A model generated the notes under the pieces. It searched no databases. It was not told where the DNA came from and saw only the letters and a program-made list of their open reading frames with translations. The position numbers were made by a program, and so were the translations under genes. Positions 33,162-42,799 of a DNA stretch of 56,657 nucleotides are shown here, piece after piece. Positions within the stretch are counted from its first letter, which is position 1. Each line of letters begins with the position of its first letter. The stretch spans positions 1-56,657 of the forward strand of contig DBRC01000040.1 of the NCBI GenBank assembly GCA_002305505.1, given 5' to 3'. Origin of the DNA: Prevotella sp. UBA1378. GTDB lineage: Bacteria; Bacteroidota; Bacteroidia; Bacteroidales; Bacteroidaceae.

Positions 33162-34298
33162 CTATTTAATTCCAAAATTATCCCACTTTTTTGGACTAAT
33201 AGAATTAATTTTGTTGAATAATTGTCCTCCATTCTTCTGCATACCATATTTGTTAATATAATTTTGTTCCATTATATGAGCCTTACGGCAGGTTAAATTA
33301 CCTGTTTCTGGGAGCTTTTCATATATTAATGTTGCTTTTTCTGTTCCAGAATGCAGGTGTTCGTTGAATCGAGTTTGTGGATCTCTTTTTGTAATACCGA
33401 CGTACCGAATATCACCATTTTGATCTTTACCCATATAAACACTATATGTGCCTTCTTGCTGTTCCGATTGAGATACTTTTGGTTTAGCTTGTTGTTTCTT
33501 AGCATTGCTTTTCTGTATTGCATTTTGATTAATGCCAGTACCCACACCACTAATTGTGCCAATCACAAGTCCTTGAGCTCCACTTTTAAGTCCTGCGCTC
33601 ATTACAGATTCAAAGTCTGCATTTTTTCCATTAGCAGCTTCAAAAGTAGCACCTAATGCAAATCCTGATGCGGCATTGGTAAGAGCCTCCTTGATTGCTT
33701 CACGCAGAATGTTATTTGTAATACCTTTCGTCAACTGGGACAGAGGCTTTGAGAGATAATTGCCCAAACAGCCACCCAAACAGGACGTTGCCATAGACAT
33801 TAACAGGTCAGAACCGACCTGAGCAGCATCGATCTTATCCCATCCATTGATGAAACCCTGGTTGACCACGCTATTTCCTATACCAATAACAACACTACCG
33901 GCTAAAGGACCGCCATATAGCGTTGCTTCTCCTGCCGCCGCACCGACACCGAATAAAGAAAGCCCATGCCAAAAATCTTTTACTTCACCAGCCAACAAAT
34001 TAGAACACACATTGATGGTCCCTCCTACTAATGCAGCAATAAGGTCATCAATGCCTGCCCAATTTCCATCCGGATCCACATATTTCAGTGGGTTATTAAG
34101 ACAGTAGCTGTACCTATTGAAACTCTGTGTATTTTCAGGAGCCTGTACATAATTATCAGGAGCCAAGAACCGGCCAACATATGGACTGTACAACCGGCCA
34201 TTCATGTTTATGAGATTAAACTCATTCAACATTTCATGTCCACAATACCCTCTATGCAACTTATGGTATTGGCAGTAGAAATACTTTGTTTTCCCCAA
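33162..34298 (-). CDS. Rhs core + C-terminal GIY-YIG (URI-fold) nuclease toxin; 3' fragment of a frameshifted Rhs gene
   Basis: RGYCGHEM..LINMNGRLY....GRFL.PD...NRYSYCLNNPLKYVDPDG Rhs core; Gly-rich hydrophobic linker; SVY..YVGIT..R..EH..E..N nuclease motif. ORF start is probably not genuine. Confidence 0.85.
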   Translation of the reverse strand: MGKTKYFYCQYHKLHRGYCGHEMLNEFNLINMNGRLYSPYVGRFLAPDNYVQAPENTQSFNRYSYCLNNPLKYVDPDGNWAGIDDLIAALVGGTINVCSNLLAGEVKDFWHGLSLFGVGAAAGEATLYGGPLAGSVVIGIGNSVVNQGFINGWDKIDAAQVGSDLLMSMATSCLGGCLGNYLSKPLSQLTKGITNNILREAIKEALTNAASGFALGATFEAANGKNADFESVMSAGLKSGAQGLVIGTISGVGTGINQNAIQKSNAKKQQAKPKVSQSEQQEGTYSVYMGKDQNGDIRYVGITKRDPQTRFNEHLHSGTEKATLIYEKLPETGNLTCRKAHIMEQNYINKYGMQKNGGQLFNKINSISPKKWDNFGIK

Positions 34299-36670
34299 AC
34301 ATCATAATTTGCAGCGAAAACTTTATTTCCAAGACTATCTACGACCGCCAAGTAACTACCCAGGTTGTCTGTCAAGGCAATATAAGGAGTAAAAACTCCA
34401 TCTTTTTTTATAACGATTACATTTCCATCCAAATAATAGAACTCCCTAGATACCCCTGATTCGATGGTCTTCTCATATGCGCCCCCGAAAACAGTTGTTC
34501 TGACAGATGCTCCATTTCTTGTTAATACTGAATAACATCTCTGTAAATCCGGGCCGTAAGTCAAATCCAAATTATACATTGTTTCATCATCGGAAATGGA
34601 CTGTACTTTTCCAATAGGACTAATGACAAATGACAATGTGTTAGTTGGTAACACCTCATCATCATTATTGATTTCAACAACAGCATGTGGCTTGAAATTT
34701 TCATCGTATTCGTAATGACCGATATCTGACTTCGAAGTGATATTTCCATTTTTAGCATAAGCTATTCTCATTGCAACAGAAACTGTACCGCTTTGATTTT
34801 TCTCTTTTGCGGCAATTAGTCTGTCCATATTGTCATATTCAAACAATTCTGTCAGACGTCCCTTTCTGGTACGAGAAAGCATATTGCCGGTAGTCGGATC
34901 AAATTCTTCATCAAAAGAATCAAGAATAGTAGAATCACGGAGAATTGAAACATTGCTTTCGAATCCGTTTTTGTCACGAGATATTGACGATGTTATCTTT
35001 CCGAGGAAAGAAGCCTTTGTCGTTAAGCCGTCATAACCTTCAAGATTATATACTGTTTTTCCATCAGCCTTTACTTTATTCTTATATCCAAATTGGTCGT
35101 ATTCGTATTCAACTTTCAAGCCGTTTGGATAGAAAGCCCTTGAAATCTGATTCAACTTGTTATATTCATAAGAATACACAATAGGAGATTGTCCTTGAAT
35201 ATTTTTGGTCTCCTGTATTATACGGCCATATTTATCATGAACAAATTCAACTGAGTTCGCTCCTGCAGTTTGCTTAACAAGACGTAATTTTCCTGTTCCG
35301 GAAGTACCATATACATTGGTCACAACAAAATCTCCAATTTTTGTTGAAACTATACGCCCAAGTTCATCGAATGTATTGGTTGTTTCAATACCTCTTCCGT
35401 CAGTTTCCTTAATAACTGTTCCATCGGCAGCGTATGTATAAGTCATCGTGCCGGCATCCGGATCAATCAGCGAAGTCTGGTTTCCTGCAATGTCATAAGT
35501 CATCTCAACAGTTGCATTTTCCGAAGTAACCGTCTTTGGTTTACCGTTTGACAAATAGATGTATTCCGCGCATCCTCCAATGGCATCATAGACGGAACTG
35601 ATATTTCCCCAAGAATCAGTTGTCTTTCTCGTAACTCTTCCGTTATCATCAATGCTTACAGTACGATACCCGTTTCCCTCAGACTCATAGCTATATTTTA
35701 TCACCTTTCCTGTGCTCAAAGAGTCTCGTGTTATTCGTGCAAAATCATCATAGCTATAAAATTCCTGTATTGATAGCTTACCATACTTGTTGATAGTCTT
35801 TGTTACCTTTCCACCTACATTGTAATAAGTAGATTTACTTATAGCAATGTTTTTAGGGCCTATACTATTCTGTTCCGTTTCATAACCAGCTTTATCATAC
35901 CATGTCTTAACCCATGGCTGTGTTGATGAAAAACCGACACCTTTCAAAAGACATCCTTCCGATTCCAATACATAGTACTGTTTTCTTAACGAATAGTCAT
36001 TCTCCCAATTGTATGAATAATTTTTCACACTTCCATCTGACAAATATGTAGAGAAAAGTTTTCCCCATCCATCATATGTATTGAAAGTCGTAAGGATATT
36101 AGAAGGGTCTGTTTCGTCATTTTCGGAAATTACATTACCCCATGAGTCATAGACATAAGTATTGACCGCAGCTGCCGGATTCTGATATTTCTTGGAAATG
36201 AAACGTCCACTAGCATCATAAACATTACAAACAGTTATAGGCTTTACATCTTTACCCGAATTTACAGAAGACAATATGTTGCCATATATGTCATAAGTAT
36301 GAGTCTTGGTAAGTGCCAATTCTGTACCACTATGGATTACCTCCGTAAGTACATTCCCCTTGGAGTCATAAGTGTATTTAGTGACAGATTCATACACATC
36401 TTCATCGTCAGGATGTTGTTGGGTTAACGTTACAATTGTTGGAAGCCAGGTATTTCCTTTTTTTACGAATCCATCATAAATGGTTTCTTTGTACATGTCT
36501 GCCCCATTAGTCATAACGATCTGATCTTTCACTACGCCTTTATCAAGGTCATAGTATGTCTCTGTAATTACTTTGTTTCCATCGTAATTTATCGCTTCTT
36601 TTTTCGATTCATATGTAAAGTAATTATTTCCGACTTTTTCTGTTCTTGAGGTTGTTATGACAGATGAAGT
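34226..36670 (-). pseudogene. Rhs/YD-repeat protein, 5'-truncated and frameshifted near 34259
   Basis: Many YD repeats (YDSKGN, YDIYGN, YDIAGNQ..DPDAG, YDNMDRL, TDNLGS..YDVWGK); no signal peptide or N-terminal domain; reading continues in another frame at LHRGY. Confidence 0.82.
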
Positions 36671-36675
36671 TTTTC

Positions 36676-36754
36676 GGCGCACCTGCATAACCCTGTGTTT
36701 GGAAAGCAGGGTTTGCGGGTGCGCCCATTTTTCTGAGATAAATGGTCAAAAATC
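36676..36754. repeat. GC-rich hairpin plus partial copy of the 32381 palindrome
   Basis: GGCGCACCTGCATAACCCTG / CAGGGTTTGCGGGTGCGCC stem (36676-36725); 36725-36754 is the reverse complement of 32381-32410 with 2 mismatches. Confidence 0.75.
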
Positions 36755-37105
36755 ATTCCAGCCGCTTTCGCCTTATCTGCCATTTACAATGCAAGTGCCC
36801 ACTAAACACCATCGTGCCAAAAAGATTTCCTCTAAAGAAAAATGTTATTTCTTTATGTAACTGGTGTATAAATCTAAATTTCTTATATGGGTTTATAGCA
36901 ATAAATCACTTTGCCTGTATTCTGACTTCGAAACGCTTTTACCTGTTTTCCAACATGAGGATGCGGAAAGGCTTGCACATTAACACTCTCCAAATATCAG
37001 CGTTTTTAATGCACATTTATTTGTTTTTGTGCAATAAGCACCATATTTATAGTTAATAAACGTTATCTATTTGGCAGTATTTTCGGAACTATAGAACAAT
37101 TTACA

Positions 37106-37113
37106 TACCTTTG
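37106..37113 (+). promoter_or_regulatory. -7 box (TACCTTTG) for the fadL-like gene
   Basis: TAnnTTTG consensus 28 nt upstream of the ATG. Confidence 0.7.
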
Positions 37114-37141
37114 CAGCCAATTTATTTAAAATTGTTTAAGG

Positions 37142-38776
37142 ATGAATAAAGTATTTTTTAGCTGTACAGCACTATTGCTCGCAGCACAAGCAGCCACAGC
37201 CGGCGGTATTCTTACGAACACGAACCAAAGCGCAGCCTTCCTGCGCAACCCGGCACGCGACGGCGCCATCGGCATCGACGGAACCTACAGCAACCCGGCC
37301 GGCGTGGCCTTTCTTGGAAAAGGCATCCACCTTTCTTTTAATAACCAGTCGGCCTTTCAAACCCGAACCATCCGGAGCGGGATAAACGTGAACATGCCCG
37401 AGGGCCTTGGGCTGACGGAAGCCCAGTGGCAGGCCATGCCCTTCAGCCAGCCGTTCAAGATGTTCGGGGGCGACGCCAGTGGCGTGAAGGAGTTCAAGGG
37501 CGAGGCTTCAGCACCGATAATCCCTTCGATACAAGCGGCCATCAATTATGACAAATGGGGATTCCAAGCCAGCTTTGCACTGGTGGGCGGTGGCGGAAAG
37601 GCTACGTTCAACCGCGGGCTCGGCTCGTTCGAACGGCAGATATCCATGCTCCCGGCCATACTCAATATCGTAAACCAGAAAACGCCGGAGCTGAACCTCG
37701 GGACCGGAATCGACCAGGCCGCCTACTCCGTGGAAAGCTACATCCACGGCCAGCAGTATATCTTCGGCCTGCAGCTGGGAACAACCTATAAGTTCAACGA
37801 GCACGTGGCCGTATACGGCGGTTTCCGCTTCAACTATGTATACAACAAATACGAGGGGAGCATCACAAACATCAGCGCCAATATCAACGGGACGAACGAG
37901 AATCTGCACGAATATCTGGGTACCGTAGCGGCCGGGCTGACGCAGAAAGCCGGCGTAGCGACCCAAACAGCAGCCCAACTGAGGATACAGGCCGCAGCAG
38001 CCGAGGCCGAAGGCAACACCGCACTGGCACAGCAGCTGGCGGCAGGCGCAGCACAATACGAGGCCGGGGCACAAAAGGCCACACAGGGAGCAGCACAGAT
38101 GGAGGGCATGCGCAAGCAGGTGGCCGACCGCTATCTGGACTGCACGCAGACGGGATGGGCCATCGCGCCGATAGTGGGCGTGAACGTGAAGCTCGACAAG
38201 CTCAACATCGGCTTCCGCCACGAGTTTACCACGCACTTCAACATACAGAACAACACCAAGCGCGACGATACGGGGCTGTTTACCGACGGTGTGAACACAC
38301 CGGGCGACATGCCGGGAATCACCACGCTGGGACTGCAATACGAGGTGCTGCCTACGTTGCGCGTAATGGCCGGATACCATTACTTCTGGGACAAGAATGC
38401 ACGCATGGACAAGGACAAGCAGACCAGACTCTCGGGCAACACGATGGAGTTCAACCTCGGAGCCGAGTACGACATCACCGATGCTATCCAAATAAGCGCC
38501 GGCGCACAACGCACCAAGTACGGACTGGGTGACGGTTCGTTTCTCAGCGACATGAGCTTCGTTACCAGCAGCTATTCCGTAGGGTTCGGCGTGGGCCTGA
38601 AGCTATCGCAGAGGATGAAGCTCGACGTAGGCTATTTCTGGACGATGTATGAAACGTTTGACAAGGAGTACACGGAAAGTTATAGCGCCGGAGACATGGC
38701 TGTACAAGCCAAGAACACCGACTCGTTCACCCGAACAAACAAGGTGTTCGGCGTGGGCCTCAGCCTCGACCTGTAA
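37142..38776 (+). CDS. OmpP1/FadL family outer-membrane transporter
   Basis: Signal peptide; GGILTNTNQS hatch, NPAG motif, GGGG; alternating beta-strands; Ala/Gln-rich helical insertion. Confidence 0.85.
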   Translation: MNKVFFSCTALLLAAQAATAGGILTNTNQSAAFLRNPARDGAIGIDGTYSNPAGVAFLGKGIHLSFNNQSAFQTRTIRSGINVNMPEGLGLTEAQWQAMPFSQPFKMFGGDASGVKEFKGEASAPIIPSIQAAINYDKWGFQASFALVGGGGKATFNRGLGSFERQISMLPAILNIVNQKTPELNLGTGIDQAAYSVESYIHGQQYIFGLQLGTTYKFNEHVAVYGGFRFNYVYNKYEGSITNISANINGTNENLHEYLGTVAAGLTQKAGVATQTAAQLRIQAAAAEAEGNTALAQQLAAGAAQYEAGAQKATQGAAQMEGMRKQVADRYLDCTQTGWAIAPIVGVNVKLDKLNIGFRHEFTTHFNIQNNTKRDDTGLFTDGVNTPGDMPGITTLGLQYEVLPTLRVMAGYHYFWDKNARMDKDKQTRLSGNTMEFNLGAEYDITDAIQISAGAQRTKYGLGDGSFLSDMSFVTSSYSVGFGVGLKLSQRMKLDVGYFWTMYETFDKEYTESYSAGDMAVQAKNTDSFTRTNKVFGVGLSLDL

Positions 38777-38779
38777 ACG

Positions 38780-41053
38780 TTACAGCGGGTCTACGTCATA
38801 ATAGACTTGCAACGACACATATCTCTTGTCCGCCATCATCTGCTGCTGACCCTGCAGCAGGTATTGGCGGACTTTTTTCATGTCGATGCCGTTCTCGAGT
38901 TTGAGCACTATCTTGCGGATATTCATCGTCTTTACCCTTGCCACGGCCGGCTTGTCGGGCCCCAGCACACGGGTGCCGAACCATTGGCGCAGACGGCTGG
39001 CCATCTCGATGCCGGCCGTGTCTACCGTTGCATCCTGCCGGTGGCGCAGGTATACGTAAATCAGATGGTAATAAGGAGGATAGCGGAATTCCCGCCGCTC
39101 GGCCGCAAGGTCGTTATAGAGCGCGGAGTAGTCGTTGCGCACCACCTGATGAATCAACGGCAGGCCGGGATTTTTAGTCTGCAGTATCACCAATCCCCGC
39201 TTGCCTTTTCGACCTGCCCGCCCGCTCACCTGTGCCATCATCATGAAGGCATGCTCGTAAGCGCGGAAGTCGGGATAATTAAGCATCGAGTCGGCGTGGA
39301 TGATACCCACTACGCTCACGCGGTCGAAATCCAGCCCCTTGCTGATCATCTGCGTACCGATGAGCAGGTTGGTGTGTCCGGCCGAGAAGTCGCTGATGAT
39401 GCGCTCGTAAGCATTGCGGGTGCGGGTGGTATCAAGATCCATGCGAGCCACTCGCGCCTCGGGGAACAGCTCGCGCACGCGGTCTTCAATCTTTTCCGTT
39501 CCGTAACCCCGGCCGCGCAGCTCCTTCGAACCGCAGCAGGGACACTCTTCGGGCACGCGGTAGGTGTATCCGCAGTAGTGGCATGTCAGCTGGTTCATGT
39601 TCTTATGCAGCGTGAGCGACACGTCGCAGTGCTGGCAATGAGGCACCCACCCACATTGCTTGCACTCTATCATCGGCACAAAGCCGCGGCGGTTTTGGAA
39701 TAAGATAGCTTGCTCGCCACGCTCCAGCGCCTGGCGCACTTTAGAAAGGAGCAGGGGCGAGAATGGACCGACCATCATTTTGCGGTGCTGCAGGTCTTTC
39801 GTGTCGACAACCTGTATCTCGGGCAGTTCGATGCCCTTGTACCGCTCCGTGAGCTCCACCAGCCCGTACTTCCCGGTCTTGGCGTTGTGATAGCTCTCCA
39901 TGCTGGGCGTGGCCGTGCCCAGCAGCGTCTTGGCACCGCACATGCGGGCCAGCACGATGGCTGCCGAACGGGCATGGTAGCGGGGAGCAGGGTCTTGCTG
40001 CTTATAACTGGTCTCATGCTCCTCGTCGACGATTACCAGTCCGAGATTGCGGAAAGGCAGGAGCACGGCCGACCGGGCACCGAGAATCACGTCGTAGGGA
40101 TTCTGCGAGAGCTGCTTCTGCCATATCTCCACACGCTCGGCATCTGAATATTTTGAATGGTAGATTCCCAGCCGGTTGCCGAACACATGCTGCAACCGCT
40201 GCATGATTTGTACGGTAAGGGCTATCTCGGGCAACAGGTAGAGTACCTGCCGGTGTTGTTCAAGCTCGCGCTGTATCAGATGGATATAAAGTTCGGTTTT
40301 CCCGCTCGACGTTACGCCGTGCAGCAGGGTAACGTTTTTCTTCAGGAATGAGAACAGCACAGCGTTGTAGGCTGCCTGCTGGGCTTCGTTGAGCGGCTTT
40401 ACGTTTTCGGGATGGGGCTCTCCTCCATTATTCAAGCGCCCCACCTCTACTTCGTATGTCTCGAAGATACCCCGCTTTACGAGCTGGCTAAGCGTGGCTG
40501 CCGTGGCGTAGCTCTGGTTCATCAGTTCGTCGCGCGTAATCTCCACTGGTGCCTCCCGGCAGACATCCCCCTCGACGGTATCCCAATGCGACATCGCGAG
40601 GTATTCCAGCAAGGCTTCCTGCTGCTTGGCCGACCGTGCCAACAGGCTCAGTGCCACGTGCAGCGATTGCTCATTACGGAATTGCGGCGTAAGCCGGATG
40701 TAAGTCTCGGTCTTGGGCTTATAGCCCTCTTCGGCCTTCAGCCCCGACGGCAACGCAGCCTTATACACCTCGCCCACGGGCGACAGGTAATAGTCGCTAA
40801 TCCACTGCCACAGCGCCAACTGCCGGGGGATGAGTATCGGCGCATCGTCCATTGCCTGGGCCACGGGTTTCACGCTGTAACCCTCGGGCTTCGTACCGTG
40901 AAGACGGGAAACGATGCCTACATACGTTTTGCTCCGACCGAAGGGTACAAGCACACGTCCACCCTGCACCACCCTATTCTGTAATGGTGCAGGGATGGAA
41001 TAAGTAAACACCCCGTCGAGGGGCAGGGGCAATATGACGTCGGCGTAATCCAA
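38780..41053 (-). CDS. priA: Primosomal protein N' (replication restart helicase)
   Basis: LHGVTSSGKTE, LPEIALT, DEEHE.SYKQ..PRYHAR, NRRG, four CxxC motifs, GTQMISKGLDF, QVSGRAGR; TTG start. Confidence 0.97.
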   Translation of the reverse strand: MDYADVILPLPLDGVFTYSIPAPLQNRVVQGGRVLVPFGRSKTYVGIVSRLHGTKPEGYSVKPVAQAMDDAPILIPRQLALWQWISDYYLSPVGEVYKAALPSGLKAEEGYKPKTETYIRLTPQFRNEQSLHVALSLLARSAKQQEALLEYLAMSHWDTVEGDVCREAPVEITRDELMNQSYATAATLSQLVKRGIFETYEVEVGRLNNGGEPHPENVKPLNEAQQAAYNAVLFSFLKKNVTLLHGVTSSGKTELYIHLIQRELEQHRQVLYLLPEIALTVQIMQRLQHVFGNRLGIYHSKYSDAERVEIWQKQLSQNPYDVILGARSAVLLPFRNLGLVIVDEEHETSYKQQDPAPRYHARSAAIVLARMCGAKTLLGTATPSMESYHNAKTGKYGLVELTERYKGIELPEIQVVDTKDLQHRKMMVGPFSPLLLSKVRQALERGEQAILFQNRRGFVPMIECKQCGWVPHCQHCDVSLTLHKNMNQLTCHYCGYTYRVPEECPCCGSKELRGRGYGTEKIEDRVRELFPEARVARMDLDTTRTRNAYERIISDFSAGHTNLLIGTQMISKGLDFDRVSVVGIIHADSMLNYPDFRAYEHAFMMMAQVSGRAGRKGKRGLVILQTKNPGLPLIHQVVRNDYSALYNDLAAERREFRYPPYYHLIYVYLRHRQDATVDTAGIEMASRLRQWFGTRVLGPDKPAVARVKTMNIRKIVLKLENGIDMKKVRQYLLQGQQQMMADKRYVSLQVYYDVDPL

Positions 41054-41071
41054 GAACGCGCCTAAAAGTAC

Positions 41072-41698
41072 TTAGAAGTAATAGGCTGCGTGAATCTGCC
41101 ATGCGTTGGTACGCGTCGACTCCGAATTAATCACCTGCTCTACAGCCGAGGTGGTCGCCTTCCACGCATTCACCTCACCCGTCTTGCCGCAAGCAATGTT
41201 GTAGGTGAAGCCGAGCTCAAGATGGTTCGCCAGCGACAGGCCAGCTCCGAGGTTGACACTGAAGTTGGAGTCCTTAAACTTGAAGTCGCTGCTGATTTGG
41301 CCGACATTGCTGAGCGTATAGCTCTTCGAACCGACATTGAAACCAAACTGGGGGCCTGCGGCAAAATAAATGCTGGCAAGACTGCCCAGACCGATAGAAT
41401 AGCGGGCATTGATGGGGATATTGACGTTCTTCTGGGAAATCTTATCGTCGTTCAGCTTAGCATCGCGCTGGTCGTAGAGGGCAGCCACGTCAATGCCAAG
41501 GCCAACAAGCGGCAAGGTAAACTTAACAGTAGGGCCGACAAAGAAACCTGTCTGATTCGACTTGTCAATCACACTCGAGCTGAAACTCATCTCGGTTACA
41601 TTCAAACCTCCCTTCACACCAAACTTAACCTGAGCTTGCGAAGGAGCTGCTGCGCATAAGGCTACAGACAGCAATAATACATTAAAAATCTTCTTCAT
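41072..41698 (-). CDS. Small outer-membrane beta-barrel (porin family / OMP_b-brl_2)
   Basis: Signal peptide ending AQ; KFGVKGGLN, IPINARY, AGPQFGF; terminal aromatic residues (AYYF). Confidence 0.85.
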   Translation of the reverse strand: MKKIFNVLLLSVALCAAAPSQAQVKFGVKGGLNVTEMSFSSSVIDKSNQTGFFVGPTVKFTLPLVGLGIDVAALYDQRDAKLNDDKISQKNVNIPINARYSIGLGSLASIYFAAGPQFGFNVGSKSYTLSNVGQISSDFKFKDSNFSVNLGAGLSLANHLELGFTYNIACGKTGEVNAWKATTSAVEQVINSESTRTNAWQIHAAYYF

Positions 41699-41719
41699 AA
41701 TTATTTATCATTTGGTTAT

Positions 41720-42766
41720 TTAACGTCGTTCGCGCCGGACTGTAACACGCGCCGAAGAAGAGCCGGAAGACGATGCCGTAGAATTCTTCGCCTTTTTTAC
41801 CGCCGCAGTGGAGCGGCGCCCTTTCTTGGCTGCCTTGGCAGCTGCCTTAGCGGCTTTCGGGTCGGCATTGGCTATCGAGTCGAGCGAGTCTTTCTTTGCA
41901 CGGTCGCCGAAAATACCCTTCTCGAACGCTGCCAATTCGCCCTCGATGCGCTTCTGCTCTTGCGTCATGGCCGAGTCGGTTTTGCAATATTGCGCCAAGG
42001 TCCTGCCCAGCATATTGGTTGTCTTGTATATCTTGCCTTTATAGCGGTTGAGCGTGAAGTAGTCGCCCATTGTCATGGTGGCAGCATTGTTCACGTTGCT
42101 TGTCATGATGGTCTGCCGGCTGAGGTAAGGCTCCAAATCGCTATACTTCACCCAGAACAAGGGATATGGATGCGGCTCGCCGCCGAAATCGTCATCCCGC
42201 AACATCACCGGGCAAAGGCAGAGCACCTTGCGGTGGAACGACGAGTTGGCTTGGTCGTAGTAGGCGCTCTCCTTCAGATAATACGACTTCACCTCTGCCG
42301 AAGGGATATCGCTGTTCTCCACATGCAACCGGCCGTCGCGCTGTTCATAGAAGATATGGTAATTGTCCAGTATGGTCTTCATCTGCACACGCGATGTATT
42401 GTTGAAAACGTCGTTCCCATCCACCCCGTATTCGTAAATCGGGATGTAACCGTTGAGTGCCAGCTTAAAGATATAAGTAAACAAGTTCATCTGCCGGTCA
42501 ATCGGCTCAACGGGGTAGTACAGGCCTGCATTCTCATCCAGGCTCAAGTTCACCTCGCGGTAGATATCGCGGCGCCACACAACGTCTTCCGGCATATCAA
42601 CGGCCGTGGGATACATGATGCGTGCCCGCTGGCTCACTCCTTGCGAGGCCGTGGCGGCAGGCTGCTGCTGTTGCTGCTGTGCCGCTTGGTTACGGCGTGC
42701 CGCGGGTTGCGCCGTGGCAGCAACAGCAACGAGAACGGTCATCAGTATGAACAATATTCTTTTCAT
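41720..42766 (-). CDS. porN: T9SS ring protein PorN/GldN
   Basis: DVVWRRDIYR..L...NAGLYYP, YYLKE..YD, PLFWVKY; follows porM. Confidence 0.93.
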   Translation of the reverse strand: MKRILFILMTVLVAVAATAQPAARRNQAAQQQQQQPAATASQGVSQRARIMYPTAVDMPEDVVWRRDIYREVNLSLDENAGLYYPVEPIDRQMNLFTYIFKLALNGYIPIYEYGVDGNDVFNNTSRVQMKTILDNYHIFYEQRDGRLHVENSDIPSAEVKSYYLKESAYYDQANSSFHRKVLCLCPVMLRDDDFGGEPHPYPLFWVKYSDLEPYLSRQTIMTSNVNNAATMTMGDYFTLNRYKGKIYKTTNMLGRTLAQYCKTDSAMTQEQKRIEGELAAFEKGIFGDRAKKDSLDSIANADPKAAKAAAKAAKKGRRSTAAVKKAKNSTASSSGSSSARVTVRRERR

Positions 42767-42799
42767 ATAGCTTCTTATTTCTTAATCTCTTTGGTTATT

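Noticed and set aside
34250-34270. Programmed ribosomal frameshift or phase-variable tract in Rhs
   Set aside because: No slippery heptamer or long homopolymer at the site; a simple 1-nt loss or sequencing error is more parsimonious
36671-36688. ATG 36688 as the real start of the Rhs gene
   Set aside because: It lies within a GC-rich hairpin of different composition; no signal peptide or promoter, so more likely a truncation junction
36742-37056. 104-aa ORF upstream of the fadL-like gene
   Set aside because: AT-rich intergenic sequence with no recognisable protein features
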